DNA of 64,000 bases from Holophagales bacterium (GCA_016719485.1 JADJZB010000028.1:173898-237897); one strand, 5' to 3'; shown: positions 18,298-28,925, counted from the first letter of the stretch. Translations and numbers: made by a program. The notes: generated by a model from the sequence alone, not told the origin.

Positions 18298-21200
18298 TCA
18301 CACCCTCTCCTCCACAGGCCTTCCCACCCACGCGTAGAAGCTCGGAAGGGCGAGGAGCGTGAAGAGGGTGGAGGTCACGAGGCCTCCCACCATGACGATC
18401 GCCAGCGGCCGCTCCAGCTCGCTCCCCGCGATGCCGAAGAGCATCGGGAGGAGGCCCAGGATCGCCGCGCCGGCCGTCATCAGCTTCGGCCGCACGCGCC
18501 CGAGCGACGCCTCGCGCAGCGCCGCGAGGAACGGGACGCCGCCCGCCACGAGCGACTTCGTCTGCGTGATGAGGACGAGGCTGTTCTGGACGGCGACTCC
18601 GAAGAGGCCAATGACGCCGACGATCGAGCTGATGTTCCAGGTCTCCCCCGCGAGCCAGAGGGCGAGGAGGCCGCCCGCGAAGGCGTCGGGGAGCGTCGCG
18701 AGGACGACGAGGACCTCCCTGAGCCGCCCGAGCGCGAGGTAGAGGAGGCCCACGACGAGCGCGAGCGCCACCGCGATGGCGACGGCGAGCCGCCGCTGCG
18801 TCTCGCGCGCCTCCTCGATTTTCCCGCCGTACCTGACGATCGTCCCCTTCGGGAGATCCGCCTTCCCCACCGCCTCTGCCACGCGCCGCGCCGTCCCGCC
18901 GAGGTCGCCCCCGGCGCGGACGTTGAGGGCGAGGCGGCGCTGGCCTGATTCGCGCCGGAGGACGCTCGGCGTCGACTCCTCCGAGAAGACCGCCAGCTGG
19001 CCCAGCTCGAAGACCCGCCCCCCTTCGACGACGACGGGCAGCCGGCGCAGGATCTCCGGGCTCGTCCGCCCGTCGTTCGGAAAGCGGACGACCCGCTCGA
19101 TCCTCTGCGGGCCGTCGTGGCGCACGCCCGCCTCCACGCCCTGGAGCGCGGCGGCGAGCGTCTGCGCCACGAGCCGTCTCGGCACCCCGAGCCGGCGGAG
19201 GGCGTCGTCGTCGGGGACGACGTTCCACCTCGGGAGGGGCCCGCCCGTGTCGGGACTGACGGAGGCGACGCCCGGGAGGCGAGAGAGCCGCTCCTGCAGA
19301 CGCGGGAGGGCCGCCTCGAGGAGGCCGAGATCGGGGTGGAAGAGCTTCACCTGGACGTCGGCCGGCGTGCCGCCGATCCCCTCCGCGATGCGCATCTGCA
19401 TCGGGGTCGTGATCTCCACCGGGAACGGGAGGTCCTCCACGCGTCCGGCCACGATCCGCTCGACCGCCTTCGTGTCGGCCCCCCGTTCGAGGACGACGAG
19501 GACGTCGCTCAGCGTGTGCGGCATCGGGTCCTCGGCCACCTCTCCCCGGCCCGTCCGCCGGTAGACCGTCGCGACCCCGGGGATCTGCATCAGCCGCGCC
19601 TCGAGCCGGAAATTGGCCTCGTCCACGGCCCCGAGGCTCGTTTCCGACGGGAGCTTCGACTGGAGCATCAGGGCCCGCTCGTCGAGGGACGGCAGGAAGT
19701 CGGACCCGAGCCGCAGCGCGAGCCAGACGCTCGGGACGGTGAGGCCGAGGGCCACGATCCTCACGAGGAGACCGTGCCGAAGCGCCCACTCCAGGGCGGG
19801 GCGGTAGACGCCCTTGATCGCCGCCACGACGCGCGGCTCGGCGAGGGAGGCTCCCGGGGGGACGAGCCTCTCGACGAGGACCGGGACGAGCGTGAAGCTG
19901 AGGACGAGGCTGATCGTCATGGCCGACGCGACCGCCACGGCGAGCGGCGCGTAGAGGCGCCCCGCGAGGCCGCCGAGCGAAAGGAGCGGCACGAAGACCG
20001 CGAGGATGACCGCCACCGCCGTGACGATCGGCACCCCCACCTCCGCGGCCGCCCGGGCGATGACGCCGCGGCGCGAGGCTCCGTCCCGCAGTCGCGGAGC
20101 CGGTGGAGGAGGTTCTCGACCATGATGACCGAGGCGTCGACGAGGAGGCCGACGGCGATGGCGAGGCCGCCGAGCGTCATCGCGTTCAGACCGAGCCCGG
20201 CGGCCGCGAGCGGGATCGCCGCGCCCAGGGTGGCGAGCGGGAGGACGGAGAGGACGACGAGCGCGCCGCGGAAGTTCCCGAGGAGGAGGACGAGGACCGC
20301 CGCGACGAAGAAGGCCCCCAGGAGGAGCGCCTTCGTGACGCCGTTGAGCGCGTCCGTCACGAGCTCGCCCTGGTCGTACATGAGCGTCAGGACCATCCCC
20401 GCCGGCAACCCGGCCCGGAGGTCGTCGAGCATCTCCTTCACGTCGCGCGAGACGGCGATCGTGTCGGCCCCCGGCTGCTTGATGACGCGCAAAGAGACGT
20501 CCTCGTGCCCCTGGTGGCGCGCGAGACCGCGGCGGAATGCGGGCCCCTCGCGCACGTCCGCGACCTCGCCGAGCGTCACGACCCCGTGCGGCGTCGCGAC
20601 CGGCAGGCGGCGGACCGCTTCCGGGCCGGCGGCGAGGCTCCCCACGGTGACGAACCACCCCTTGTCCTGGATCTCGAGGACCCCGGAGGCGGAGTCCTGC
20701 TCCGTCCCCTCCAGCGCCTCGAGAACGCGGTCGAGGCCCACCTCGAGAAGCCTCATCCTCTCCGGGTCGAGCGAGACCTGCAGCTGCCGCTCCTCCCCCC
20801 CGAGGTGCTCCACCCTCGAGACGCCGGGGACGGACTGGAGGCGCGGGACGACGACCTTCTCCGTGTAGTCGCGCAGGACCATCGGGTCGACGTCGGGCCC
20901 ACCCAGGACGACCTCCTGTATCTCCTGCAGGCGCCCCGCGGCGCTCGTCATCAGCGGCGCCCGGGTCCCCTCGGGGAACTCGTTCACCGCCGCCTGGAGC
21001 CGCTCGGCCACGAGCTGGCGCGCGCGCCACGGGTCCGTCCCCCCCTCGAACGTGACGACGACCTGAACGACCTCCGCCTGCACCGTGGCGACGACGCGCC
21101 TCACGCCCGGCAGGCCCCCGACCGCCTGCTCGATCGGCTGCGCGACGGTCAGCTCGAGCTCCGACGCCGCCCGCCCGGGGCTCTGGACGAGGAGCGTGAG

Positions 21201-21356
21201 GCCGGGAAGGGTCAGGTCGGGGAAGAGGTCGCGGCGCAGCGAGGCGAACGCCACGACTCCCGCCAGGAGCCACACGAGGGCGAGGCCGAGGACGATTCCC
21301 CCGCGCGAGAGAACGGCCTCGAAGAGGCGCGGCAGAACCCTGCGCTCAGTGGTCAT
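18298..21356 (-). pseudogene. CusA/CzcA-family heavy-metal efflux RND transporter, frame broken near 20090
   Basis: N-terminal half in track ORF 19917..21356 (...AIAVGLLVDASVIMVENLLHRLRD, then nonsense). C-terminal half in ORF 18298..21273 (...DGASRRGVIARAAAEVGVPIVTAVAVILAVFVPLL...ALPSFYAWV). Total span 3059 nt, one nucleotide short of a multiple of three. Confidence 0.85.
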
Positions 21357-22500
21357 GCGCGTCCCCGCCGCTCTTCCTCTTCAGGAGCGCCGCTTTCAAG
21401 AGATAAGCGCCGTCGGTGACGACGGTCTGGCCCGGCTCGACTCCGTCGAGGACCATCACGTCGCCCCCCAGCTCGGTGCCGCGTTTCACGGGACGGAAGA
21501 CGGCATGCCCGTCCTCCTTCACGAAGACCCCCCAGGAGCCCTCGACCTGCTGGAGCGCGTTCTGCGGAAGGATCACGGCCGACGCGAACGGCACGCGGAC
21601 CTCCACCGGCTTGCCCGGGATCGGCAGCGGCCCCCCGGCGAGACGGAGACGGTAGGAGAGGCGGCGCGTCGAAGCGCCGAGGACCGCGGGGACGCCCGCG
21701 ACGCGGGCCCGCCACCGCTTCCCGTCCGACGAGCGCACGTCCGTCTCGTCGCCGAGCGCCCACTCCGGCCCGGGGAGCGGAAGCTCGAGGAGGACGAGAG
21801 ACGCGCCGGCGGACTGGAACGTCCCGAGCTCCTCCCCCGCCGCCACCCCCTGCCCGACGCGCACCTTCCACTCCACGACCGAGCCGCGGGCCGGGGCCTT
21901 CACGACGAACGGCCCCGGAATCGAGCCGGGCGAGACGCCGCGCGCCTCGAGCCCGATCCGCGCCGCGTCTTCCTCCGCGCGCGCCGCCGCCGCCTCGTTC
22001 CGCGAAAGCTCCAGCTCCCGCGCCGACGTCGCGTTCCCGGCCGCGAGGCGCTCCTCGCGCCCGAGGTCGGCCTCGGCCCTGAGGCGCCTCGCGGAGGCGG
22101 TGAGCCAGCGCGCGCGAAGATCGGCCAGCTCCGGGCTCGCGAGGCTCACGAGCGGCGTCCCCGCGGGAACGGGGGCCTGGGGCGCTGCGAGCGGCGCGAC
22201 GACGATTCCCCCCACCGGTGCGGCGAGGATGGCCTGGGCGTTCTCGTCGCCGATCGCCTCGCCCGGGAACCAGGCGCCTTCGGAGCGGCGCGCGGGCGCC
22301 TCGACGAGCTTGAGGCCGCGAACCCCGTCGAGGGGAATGGCGGCGCCGGCTTCCCCTTCGGCGGTCTCCGCCGACTCTCCTTCGTGGTCGTGGTCGTCAT
22401 GCCCGGCGGGGGCTTCGGGGGTCGTCGGCCGGCAACCGGCCGAGAGGGCCAAGAGAAGGACAAGGAGAAGGACGAGGACGGGCCCGTCGAGTCGCTTCAC
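21346..22500 (-). CDS. Efflux RND periplasmic adaptor (CusB/CzcB-like) lipoprotein with His-rich termini
   Basis: Track ORF 384 aa: LLLALSAGC lipobox, HDDHDHEGE near the N-terminus, GGDAHDH at the C-terminus, HlyD-like barrel-sandwich core. Confidence 0.85.
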   Translation of the reverse strand: MKRLDGPVLVLLLVLLLALSAGCRPTTPEAPAGHDDHDHEGESAETAEGEAGAAIPLDGVRGLKLVEAPARRSEGAWFPGEAIGDENAQAILAAPVGGIVVAPLAAPQAPVPAGTPLVSLASPELADLRARWLTASARRLRAEADLGREERLAAGNATSARELELSRNEAAAARAEEDAARIGLEARGVSPGSIPGPFVVKAPARGSVVEWKVRVGQGVAAGEELGTFQSAGASLVLLELPLPGPEWALGDETDVRSSDGKRWRARVAGVPAVLGASTRRLSYRLRLAGGPLPIPGKPVEVRVPFASAVILPQNALQQVEGSWGVFVKEDGHAVFRPVKRGTELGGDVMVLDGVEPGQTVVTDGAYLLKAALLKRKSGGDAHDH

Positions 22501-23690
22501 GGCGTCATTCCTTTCGTCAGCGCATCCAGCTCGGCGGAGAGGAGGGAGGCGTCCCTCAGCCTCTCGAGGGCCCCGAGGCGCCCGTCGAGGAGCTGTCGGC
22601 GGGAGAGGACGGCGTCCGAGGGGCTGTCCTTCCCTTCCAGGACCCTGAGGTTCACGGCGGCGAGGGCCTCCTCGAACGCGCGTCCGTCCGGTAGCGCTCC
22701 GAATTCACGGGCCCTCTCGAGGGCCCCGGCCAGGCGCGCCTCGAGGAGGCGCCGCTCGGCGTCGGCCTCGCGGCGGCGGGCCAGCTGGAAGAACTTCGAG
22801 GCCTCGTCGCCCGAGGTCCGCTCGCCCGGGAGCGGGAACCGGTACGCCAGCCCGGCCCGGGCCACGGAGTCCGCCCCCTCCTTCGCCACCGAGCCGAGGA
22901 GGCTCCACCTCTCGAGGCGATCCGAGCTCTCGAGCGAGCCGAACGCGAGGTCGAGCGCGAGACGCGCGTCGACCGACGCCCTCGCGACGCCGGCCTCGAA
23001 CCGGGCTTTCGCCTCGTTCGCCCCCGGCCACGCCGGGATCGCAGGGCTCGCGAGCTCCTGCGGCGCCTCGGGGAGGTCGGCGAGGGCCCGCAGCGCCCCC
23101 CACGCCTCCGCCGCCTCGCGCCGCGCCCGGTCGAGCTCGCCACGGGAGCGCAGGAGGTCCGCTTCCACGAGGGCCGCCTGGAACGGCGCATCCGCGCCAG
23201 CCTCCACCCTCTTTCGTGCGGCGTCGCGCCACCCTTCGAGGAGCGTCCGCTGCCCGGCGAGCGCTTCGACCCGGCTCGCGGCGAGCCACGCATCCGCATA
23301 CGCCTCCGCGAGGCGACGCGCGGCTTCGGCGTCGGCCGCCGCGAGTAGGACCGGCGCGGCCTCGTCGAGGCGCACCGCGGCCGCCGCCCGGGCGCCGCCC
23401 CTCAGCCGGATCGGAACGTCGGCCTCGACCGAGAGGTCCGCTTTCGTCCCGTCGTTCTCGAGGCGGCGCGGTCCGGCCTCGACGCCGACCAGAGGACCCT
23501 CGCGGGCGAAGCTCCCGGCCGCGGCCAGCTGACGGCGGCGCTCGGCGAGGTCGGCCCGCAGCCGCGCAACGCCTGCGTCTTCAAAGGCCGCCGCCTTCAC
23601 GCTCCCGAGGTCGAGCGGCGCAGAGACGGCCGACGCGCGGGCGGCCAGGCCGCAGCAGGCGAGCAGGATCCACGTGGTTCTCATGGGCAC
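22497..23690 (-). CDS. TolC-like outer-membrane efflux protein (CusC/CzcC-like)
   Basis: Track ORF 397 aa with signal peptide MRTTWILLACCGLAARASA and repeated coiled-coil/alpha-barrel Ala/Arg/Leu-rich halves; 4-nt overlap with the adaptor gene. Confidence 0.8.
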   Translation of the reverse strand: MPMRTTWILLACCGLAARASAVSAPLDLGSVKAAAFEDAGVARLRADLAERRRQLAAAGSFAREGPLVGVEAGPRRLENDGTKADLSVEADVPIRLRGGARAAAAVRLDEAAPVLLAAADAEAARRLAEAYADAWLAASRVEALAGQRTLLEGWRDAARKRVEAGADAPFQAALVEADLLRSRGELDRARREAAEAWGALRALADLPEAPQELASPAIPAWPGANEAKARFEAGVARASVDARLALDLAFGSLESSDRLERWSLLGSVAKEGADSVARAGLAYRFPLPGERTSGDEASKFFQLARRREADAERRLLEARLAGALERAREFGALPDGRAFEEALAAVNLRVLEGKDSPSDAVLSRRQLLDGRLGALERLRDASLLSAELDALTKGMTP

Positions 23691-23807
23691 CTCGGTCAGG
23701 ACACGGCTCCGCCCGCGCTGCGGGTGGAACGGGTCAGGCGAGGGCGGAACGCGGAACGGTCGCGAGGCGAAAGGGAACGCCCGAGACCGCCGGGGCCGCC
23801 CGGCTCC

Positions 23808-24110
23808 TCAGGAAGAGGTGCCGATCGGAACGTGCGCGATTTCCGCCGGGTGACCCTCGGCGGGAACCACGGCCGGCGTCGCGAGCTCGAAGGCGTCGCG
23901 CGGGGCAGGCGACTCGAGGCGCGCGACCCGCGGCGGGACGGGGTTCAGGCGAGTCCCGCAGGAGCACGCGACGCAGACGGGCGAGCAGCGGCCCCCGGGC
24001 ACGTCGTCGGGGCACGTCTCGGCGCACTCCTCGCCGGCGAGGAGCGAGCCGAGGCTCGACTCCTGGGCCAGGAAGAACGAGAGGAGCGCAACGACGACGA
24101 GCCGCACCAC
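23808..24110 (-). CDS. Small membrane-anchored Cys-rich protein, first gene of the metal RND operon
   Basis: Track ORF 100 aa: MVRLVVVALLSFFLAQ (TM), then EECAETCPDDVPGGRCSPVCVACSCG (seven Cys in 26 aa). I translated it codon by codon and the third-position G/C bias is strong. Confidence 0.5.
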   Translation of the reverse strand: MVRLVVVALLSFFLAQESSLGSLLAGEECAETCPDDVPGGRCSPVCVACSCGTRLNPVPPRVARLESPAPRDAFELATPAVVPAEGHPAEIAHVPIGTSS

Positions 24111-24162
24111 GACGAGAAAATAGCACGTCCCTCCCGGGCGGCTTCCCTCCCCGGGGAGCGTT

Positions 24163-25629
24163 TCAGGCGGGCCGGGCGCGCCCCTCCACCGCCGATGCGG
24201 TCCAGGCCACGGCCACCGTCACGAGGCTCCCGGTGAGCGTGTAGAGAGGCCAGGCGAGCTTCGTTCCGAGGACGACGAAGACCATCGCGCCGACGCCCGT
24301 GAGGAAGCCGATCGCGGCGGACCGTGAGGTCGTCTTCCCGCGGACCGCGAGGAAGAAGAGTCCGAGGAAGCCGCCGTAGGTGAACGACGCGATGCTCAGC
24401 GCCAGCTCCACGACGGCCTGCCCGGTCCCGATGAAGATGAGCGCCGCTCCGGTCAGCAGGATCGCCCAGCCGAAGCTGACACGCCGCGAGAGACGGAGCT
24501 TGTGCTCCTCGGTCGCGGCCCGTCCCCGCTTCGTCGAGGCGTAGAGGTCGAAGACGGTGGAGCTCGAGATCGAGCTGATCGAGCCCGAGATCGTCGACAT
24601 CGCCGCGGCGAGGAGGCCCGCGATGATGAGGCCAGAGAGGCCGGACGGGACCTGCTCGACGATGAACTTCGGGAAGACGGCGTCGCCCTTGAGCGGGAGG
24701 TCGCCGTAGTAGAGGAAGAGGAGCGTCCCGACGGCGAGGAAGAGCGTGAACTGGAGGATGACGGCCACTCCGCTCGCGACGAGGGCGCGCCGGCCGTCGC
24801 GCAGGCTCTCCGTCGCGAAGAGGCGCTGGACGATGATGTAGTCGGTACCGTGGGAGGCCATCGAGAGGACGGCTCCGCCGAGGATCGCCGTCAGGACGTG
24901 GTACGGCGACGTGAGGAAGCTCCCGTCGGTCTGGAAGACCGTGAGCTTTCCGGAGGCGGCCGCGGCAGCCAGCTTCGCCCCGAGCTCCGGGATCTTCGGA
25001 ACGAGGACGAAGATGGCGATGGCTCCCCCGAGGATGTAGACCCCGAGCTGGATGACGTCGGTCCAGATGACGGCCCTGACGCCGCCCACCTGGACGTAGA
25101 TCACGGTGACGGCCGCGGTGAGGAGGATCGCGCCGACGTACAGCATCGGGTCCGAGACCCCGGCGAAGAGGTTGTAGCCGCGGAAGATGATGACGAGCGG
25201 GATCGCCGTGGCGTAGAGCCGCACGCCGTCCGCAAAGATCCGGGTCAGGATGAAGGTCCCGGAGGCCATCCTCCGGACGCCCACCCCGAACGTCCGCTCG
25301 AGGAGGGCGTACGAGGTCGTCAGCTCGCCCTCGAAGTAGCGCGGCAGGAGGAGCCACGAGATGACGATCCGCCCGAGGAGGTAGCCGAAGGAGAGCTCGA
25401 GGAAACCCCAGGCTCCCTTGAAGGCCATCCCGGGCACCGAGATGAAGGTGAGCGCCGAGGTCTCCGTCGCGACGATCGAGGCGGTGACCGCCCACCAGCC
25501 GATCTTCTTTTCCGACAGGAAGTAGTCCTTCGCGGAGGCCTGCTTCCCCCCCTTGGCGAGGCCAAAGGCCGCGATGCCGCCCATGTACAGGACGACGACG
25601 GCCCAGTCGAGCGCGGAAAAGCCGCTCAT
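24163..25629 (-). CDS. Sodium:solute symporter family (SSF) transporter
   Basis: Internal start MSGFSALDWAVVVLYMGG... of track ORF 24163..25893; about 13 TM helices with typical SSF N-terminus (DYFLSEKKIGWW). Confidence 0.85.
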   Translation of the reverse strand: MSGFSALDWAVVVLYMGGIAAFGLAKGGKQASAKDYFLSEKKIGWWAVTASIVATETSALTFISVPGMAFKGAWGFLELSFGYLLGRIVISWLLLPRYFEGELTTSYALLERTFGVGVRRMASGTFILTRIFADGVRLYATAIPLVIIFRGYNLFAGVSDPMLYVGAILLTAAVTVIYVQVGGVRAVIWTDVIQLGVYILGGAIAIFVLVPKIPELGAKLAAAAASGKLTVFQTDGSFLTSPYHVLTAILGGAVLSMASHGTDYIIVQRLFATESLRDGRRALVASGVAVILQFTLFLAVGTLLFLYYGDLPLKGDAVFPKFIVEQVPSGLSGLIIAGLLAAAMSTISGSISSISSSTVFDLYASTKRGRAATEEHKLRLSRRVSFGWAILLTGAALIFIGTGQAVVELALSIASFTYGGFLGLFFLAVRGKTTSRSAAIGFLTGVGAMVFVVLGTKLAWPLYTLTGSLVTVAVAWTASAVEGRARPA

Positions 25630-25973
25630 CGTGCCGGCGGCTTCCCCCCGCGGTAGAAGCGGACGAACGCCTTCTCCAGCGTCGCGAGCCCCTCGGGGAC
25701 ATGCCCCTCGATCTCCTCGAGAAAGGCTTCCAGCTTCTCGCGGACGTCGACGATCTCGACGATGACGGGCAGGTCTTCCGAGAGCCGCTCGATCTTGAAG
25801 GTGTGTAGCCGGCTGTGCGCGCCGAAGCCCATGACCCCGCGCAGGACCGTCGCTCCCGCAAGCCCCCTCGCCCTCGCCTTCAGGACGAGCCACTCGTACA
25901 GGAGCTTACCCTCGTGGCGATCGCTCTCGCCGACGAAGATCCGGAGGAGGGCGCCGTCTTCGGGGAGGGTCAT
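25626..25973 (-). CDS. DUF190 (PII-like) protein, usual partner of CrcB
   Basis: MTLPEDGALLRIFVGESDRHEGKLLYEWLVLKARARGLAGATVLRGVMGFG... within track ORF 25626..26255. Confidence 0.8.
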   Translation of the reverse strand: MTLPEDGALLRIFVGESDRHEGKLLYEWLVLKARARGLAGATVLRGVMGFGAHSRLHTFKIERLSEDLPVIVEIVDVREKLEAFLEEIEGHVPEGLATLEKAFVRFYRGGKPPAR

Positions 25974-25975
25974 CG

Positions 25976-26359
25976 TCACCTCCAGAGGAGCTGGGCCGCG
26001 ACCCTTCCGAGCGCGACGGCGAGGAGGCCCAGCACGAGCTGCCCCCCGGCGTTCGCGGCGGCGGCCAGTGCCTCGCCGCCGCGCAGGAGGTTCAGCGTTT
26101 CGTTGCCGAACGAGGAGAAGGTCGTGTAGCCGCCGAGGACACCGACGAAGAGGAACGTCCGGGTCTGGCCGGACGGCACGCCCCGCGTCTCGGAGAGCTG
26201 CGCGAGGAGGCCGATCACGAAGCAGCCCGTGACGTTCACCGCGAAGGTTCCCCACGGGAACGTCGCGCTCCTGGAGAACGCCTGCACCGCGCCCCCGAGG
26301 AGGTGGCGGAGCGAGGCGCCGATCCCGCCACCGAGGAAGACGAGGGCGAGGGACTTCAT
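25976..26359 (-). CDS. crcB: Fluoride ion channel CrcB/Fluc
   Basis: MKSLALVFLGGGIGASLRHLL...FPWGTFAVNVTGCFVIG...GVLGGYTTFSSF... within track ORF 25976..27244. Confidence 0.9.
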   Translation of the reverse strand: MKSLALVFLGGGIGASLRHLLGGAVQAFSRSATFPWGTFAVNVTGCFVIGLLAQLSETRGVPSGQTRTFLFVGVLGGYTTFSSFGNETLNLLRGGEALAAAANAGGQLVLGLLAVALGRVAAQLLWR

Positions 26360-26400
26360 CGGTCGGGGGAGCGTAGCACCGGCGGACGAACGACCGGCCG

Positions 26401-27783
26401 TCAGCGCCGCGCCGCCACCGCCGTCCGCACGAACCACCCGGCGAGGAGAGCCGCCAGGACCCCGCTCGCTATCCTGATCGCCGGCGTCTCCACGATGAAA
26501 ATCCCGACCATCAGGGCGAGGATCGGCGCGAGGTAGACGAGCGCGTAACGGGCCACGTACCCGCCGAAGCTCGGCATCGGGACGCCGTCCGACTCCGCGA
26601 TCGCCTTGACCATGAAATTCGGGCCGTTCCCGATGTACGTCATCGCGCCGCAGAAGACCGCCCCGAGGCTGATCGAGACGAGGAAGACTTCCCTCACCCC
26701 TGCCACGGCCGGCTCTCCCCCGAGGGCCTTCGCCAGCTCGAAGAACGTCACGTAGGTCGGTGCGTTGTCGAGGACGGACGAGAGGCCCCCGGCGAAGACG
26801 AAGAACGTCACCCTGTTCAACGGAAGGGCCGCCGCGTTCTGGGCGAGGTACGCCAGCGCCGGGACCATGGTCAGGAAGATCCCGATGAAGAGGGCCGCCA
26901 CTTCCTGGATCGGCCCCCACTCGAACCGGTTGTCCACGAATCGCGTCTTTCGGTCCCCGAGGCGGAAGGAGAGGAACGCGGCCGTCAGCAGGACGATCTC
27001 CCGGAACGGGACCCAGGCGGCCCACGGGGCGTGCCCCGCGTGGATCGCGTGGAGATCGACGGACGGAACGAGCGCGACCGCCGCGACGATGACCCCGAGG
27101 AGGGCGATGCTCTCCTTCCCGTGAACGGCGAGGGGCTTCACCTCGATCGCGTCGCGGACGATGTCGGGCATTTCTTCCTTGCGGTACGCGAGGTTGTCGA
27201 CCGAGTAGTAGGCAACGAGCAGCATCCCGTTCACGAAGAGCCACTCGGGGAAGAGGTTCAGCGTCCAGAGGAACGGGACGCCCCGGAGGAGGCCGAGGAA
27301 GAGCGGCGGGTCCCCGAGCGGCGTCAGGAGGCCGCCGCAGTTCGCCACGACGAGGATCGTGAAGACGACCGTGTGGACCTTGTGCTTCCGTTCCCGGTTC
27401 GTGTTCAGGAGCGGCCTCACGAGGAGCATCGCGGCTCCGGTCGTGCCGATCAGCGAGGCGAGAACGGCGCCCGCGGCGAGGAAGAGGGTGTTGTTGCGGG
27501 GCGTGGCCCGGATGTCCCCGGCGACGAAGACGCCTCCGCTCACGACGAAGAGCGAGAAGAGGAGCGTGATGAACGCGCCGTATTCGACGAGCGCGTGGAT
27601 CACCTCGGTCCGGCCGCCGAGGCTCCAGACCCAGACCCCCATCGGCACGCCGAGGACGAGGGCCAGGAGGAGCTGGAAGCGCCTCTTCTCCCAGAGGTGC
27701 TTCGTCGCGGGCATGAGCGGAAACGTGGCGATCGCGGCGAGGAGCGCCACGAAAGGGAGAAGGCCGTACCAGGGAACCGTCAT
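26401..27783 (-). CDS. NhaD/ArsB-superfamily sodium:proton antiporter
   Basis: Track ORF 460 aa, polytopic: ...VANCGGLLTPLGDPPLFLG...LDNAPTYVTF...IGNGPNFMVK... Confidence 0.75.
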   Translation of the reverse strand: MTVPWYGLLPFVALLAAIATFPLMPATKHLWEKRRFQLLLALVLGVPMGVWVWSLGGRTEVIHALVEYGAFITLLFSLFVVSGGVFVAGDIRATPRNNTLFLAAGAVLASLIGTTGAAMLLVRPLLNTNRERKHKVHTVVFTILVVANCGGLLTPLGDPPLFLGLLRGVPFLWTLNLFPEWLFVNGMLLVAYYSVDNLAYRKEEMPDIVRDAIEVKPLAVHGKESIALLGVIVAAVALVPSVDLHAIHAGHAPWAAWVPFREIVLLTAAFLSFRLGDRKTRFVDNRFEWGPIQEVAALFIGIFLTMVPALAYLAQNAAALPLNRVTFFVFAGGLSSVLDNAPTYVTFFELAKALGGEPAVAGVREVFLVSISLGAVFCGAMTYIGNGPNFMVKAIAESDGVPMPSFGGYVARYALVYLAPILALMVGIFIVETPAIRIASGVLAALLAGWFVRTAVAARR

Positions 27784-27805
27784 CTGTACCTCGAAACCGC
27801 GGCGG

Positions 27806-28924
27806 CTACTTCAGGAGCGCGAGGAGACTACCAGCGGCGACCGCCGTACCGATGACGCCGGCCACGTTCGGCCCCATGGCGTGCATCAGGAGGTAGTTGT
27901 CGGGGTCGGCCTCCTGGCCGACGTTGTGGGCGACGCGCGCGGCCATGGGGACGGCCGAGACGCCTGCCGCGCCGATGAGGGGATTGACCGGCGTCCCGGG
28001 GAGGACGGCCATCAGCTTGCCGAGGAGGACGCCCGCCGCCGTCGAGAAGGCGAACGCGATGCAGCCGAGGACGAGGATCTTGAGGGTGGCGGTCCTCAGG
28101 AAGCTGTTGCCGTCCATCGTCACGCCGACCGAGAGACCGAGAACGATCGTGATGAGGTTGATCAGCTCGTTTTGCGCCGAGCGGTTCAGCCGCTCGGTGA
28201 CGCCGCACTCGCGGAGGAGATTCCCGAACATCAGGAGGCCGATGAGCGACGTCGCCGCCGGGACGATGAGGGCGCAGATCACGGTGCAGAGGATCGGGAA
28301 GGAGATCCGGAGCCACTTCGGAACGTCGAAGTTCGCTTCCATCCGGATCATCCGCTCCTTCTTCGTCGTCAGGAGCCGCATGATCGGCGGCTGGATGAGC
28401 GGCACGAGCGCCATATACGAGTAGGCCGAGACGGCGATCGCCCCGAGGAGGTGCGGCGCGAGCTTGATCGTCAGGTAGATCGAGGTCGGCCCGTCGGCCC
28501 CGCCGATGATCCCGATCGACCCCGCCTCCTGGGGCGTGAAGCCGAGCCAGCCGGCGACGATGAAGGTGCCGAAGACGCCGAACTGCGCCGCCCCGCCCAG
28601 GAGGAACGTCTTCGGGTTCGCCAGGAGCGGCCCGAAGTCGGTCAGGGCGCCGAGGCCGAGGAAGATGAGGGGCGGGAAGATCTCGAGCTCGACCCCCTGG
28701 AAGAGGTAGTGGAAGAGCCCGCCCGGCGCGCCGCTCGCGGGAAGGGCCATGAGGCCGTTGAGGGGCAGGTTCGTCATGAGCGCCCCGAAACCGATCGGGA
28801 CGAGGAGAAGCGGCTCGAACTCCTTCTTGATCGCGAGCCAGAGCAGGAAGAACGCGACCGCGATCATCACTCCCTCGCGCCACGACAGCGCGAGGAAGCC
28901 GGTCTGCGCGATCAGCTTCTCCAT
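27806..28924 (-). CDS. Na+-translocating decarboxylase beta subunit (MmdB/OadB/GcdB family)
   Basis: Track ORF 372 aa: ...EFEPLLLVPIGFGALMTNLP...IGIIGGADGPTSIY...GAAGVSAVPMAARV... Confidence 0.9.
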   Translation of the reverse strand: MEKLIAQTGFLALSWREGVMIAVAFFLLWLAIKKEFEPLLLVPIGFGALMTNLPLNGLMALPASGAPGGLFHYLFQGVELEIFPPLIFLGLGALTDFGPLLANPKTFLLGGAAQFGVFGTFIVAGWLGFTPQEAGSIGIIGGADGPTSIYLTIKLAPHLLGAIAVSAYSYMALVPLIQPPIMRLLTTKKERMIRMEANFDVPKWLRISFPILCTVICALIVPAATSLIGLLMFGNLLRECGVTERLNRSAQNELINLITIVLGLSVGVTMDGNSFLRTATLKILVLGCIAFAFSTAAGVLLGKLMAVLPGTPVNPLIGAAGVSAVPMAARVAHNVGQEADPDNYLLMHAMGPNVAGVIGTAVAAGSLLALLK

Positions 28925-28925
28925 G

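Noticed and set aside
26360-26400. Possible fluoride riboswitch upstream of crcB.
   Set aside because: Only 41 nt separate crcB from the upstream antiporter gene, too short for the roughly 50-60-nt fluoride motif plus an expression platform. I could not see its conserved core, and crcB appears to be an internal operon gene.
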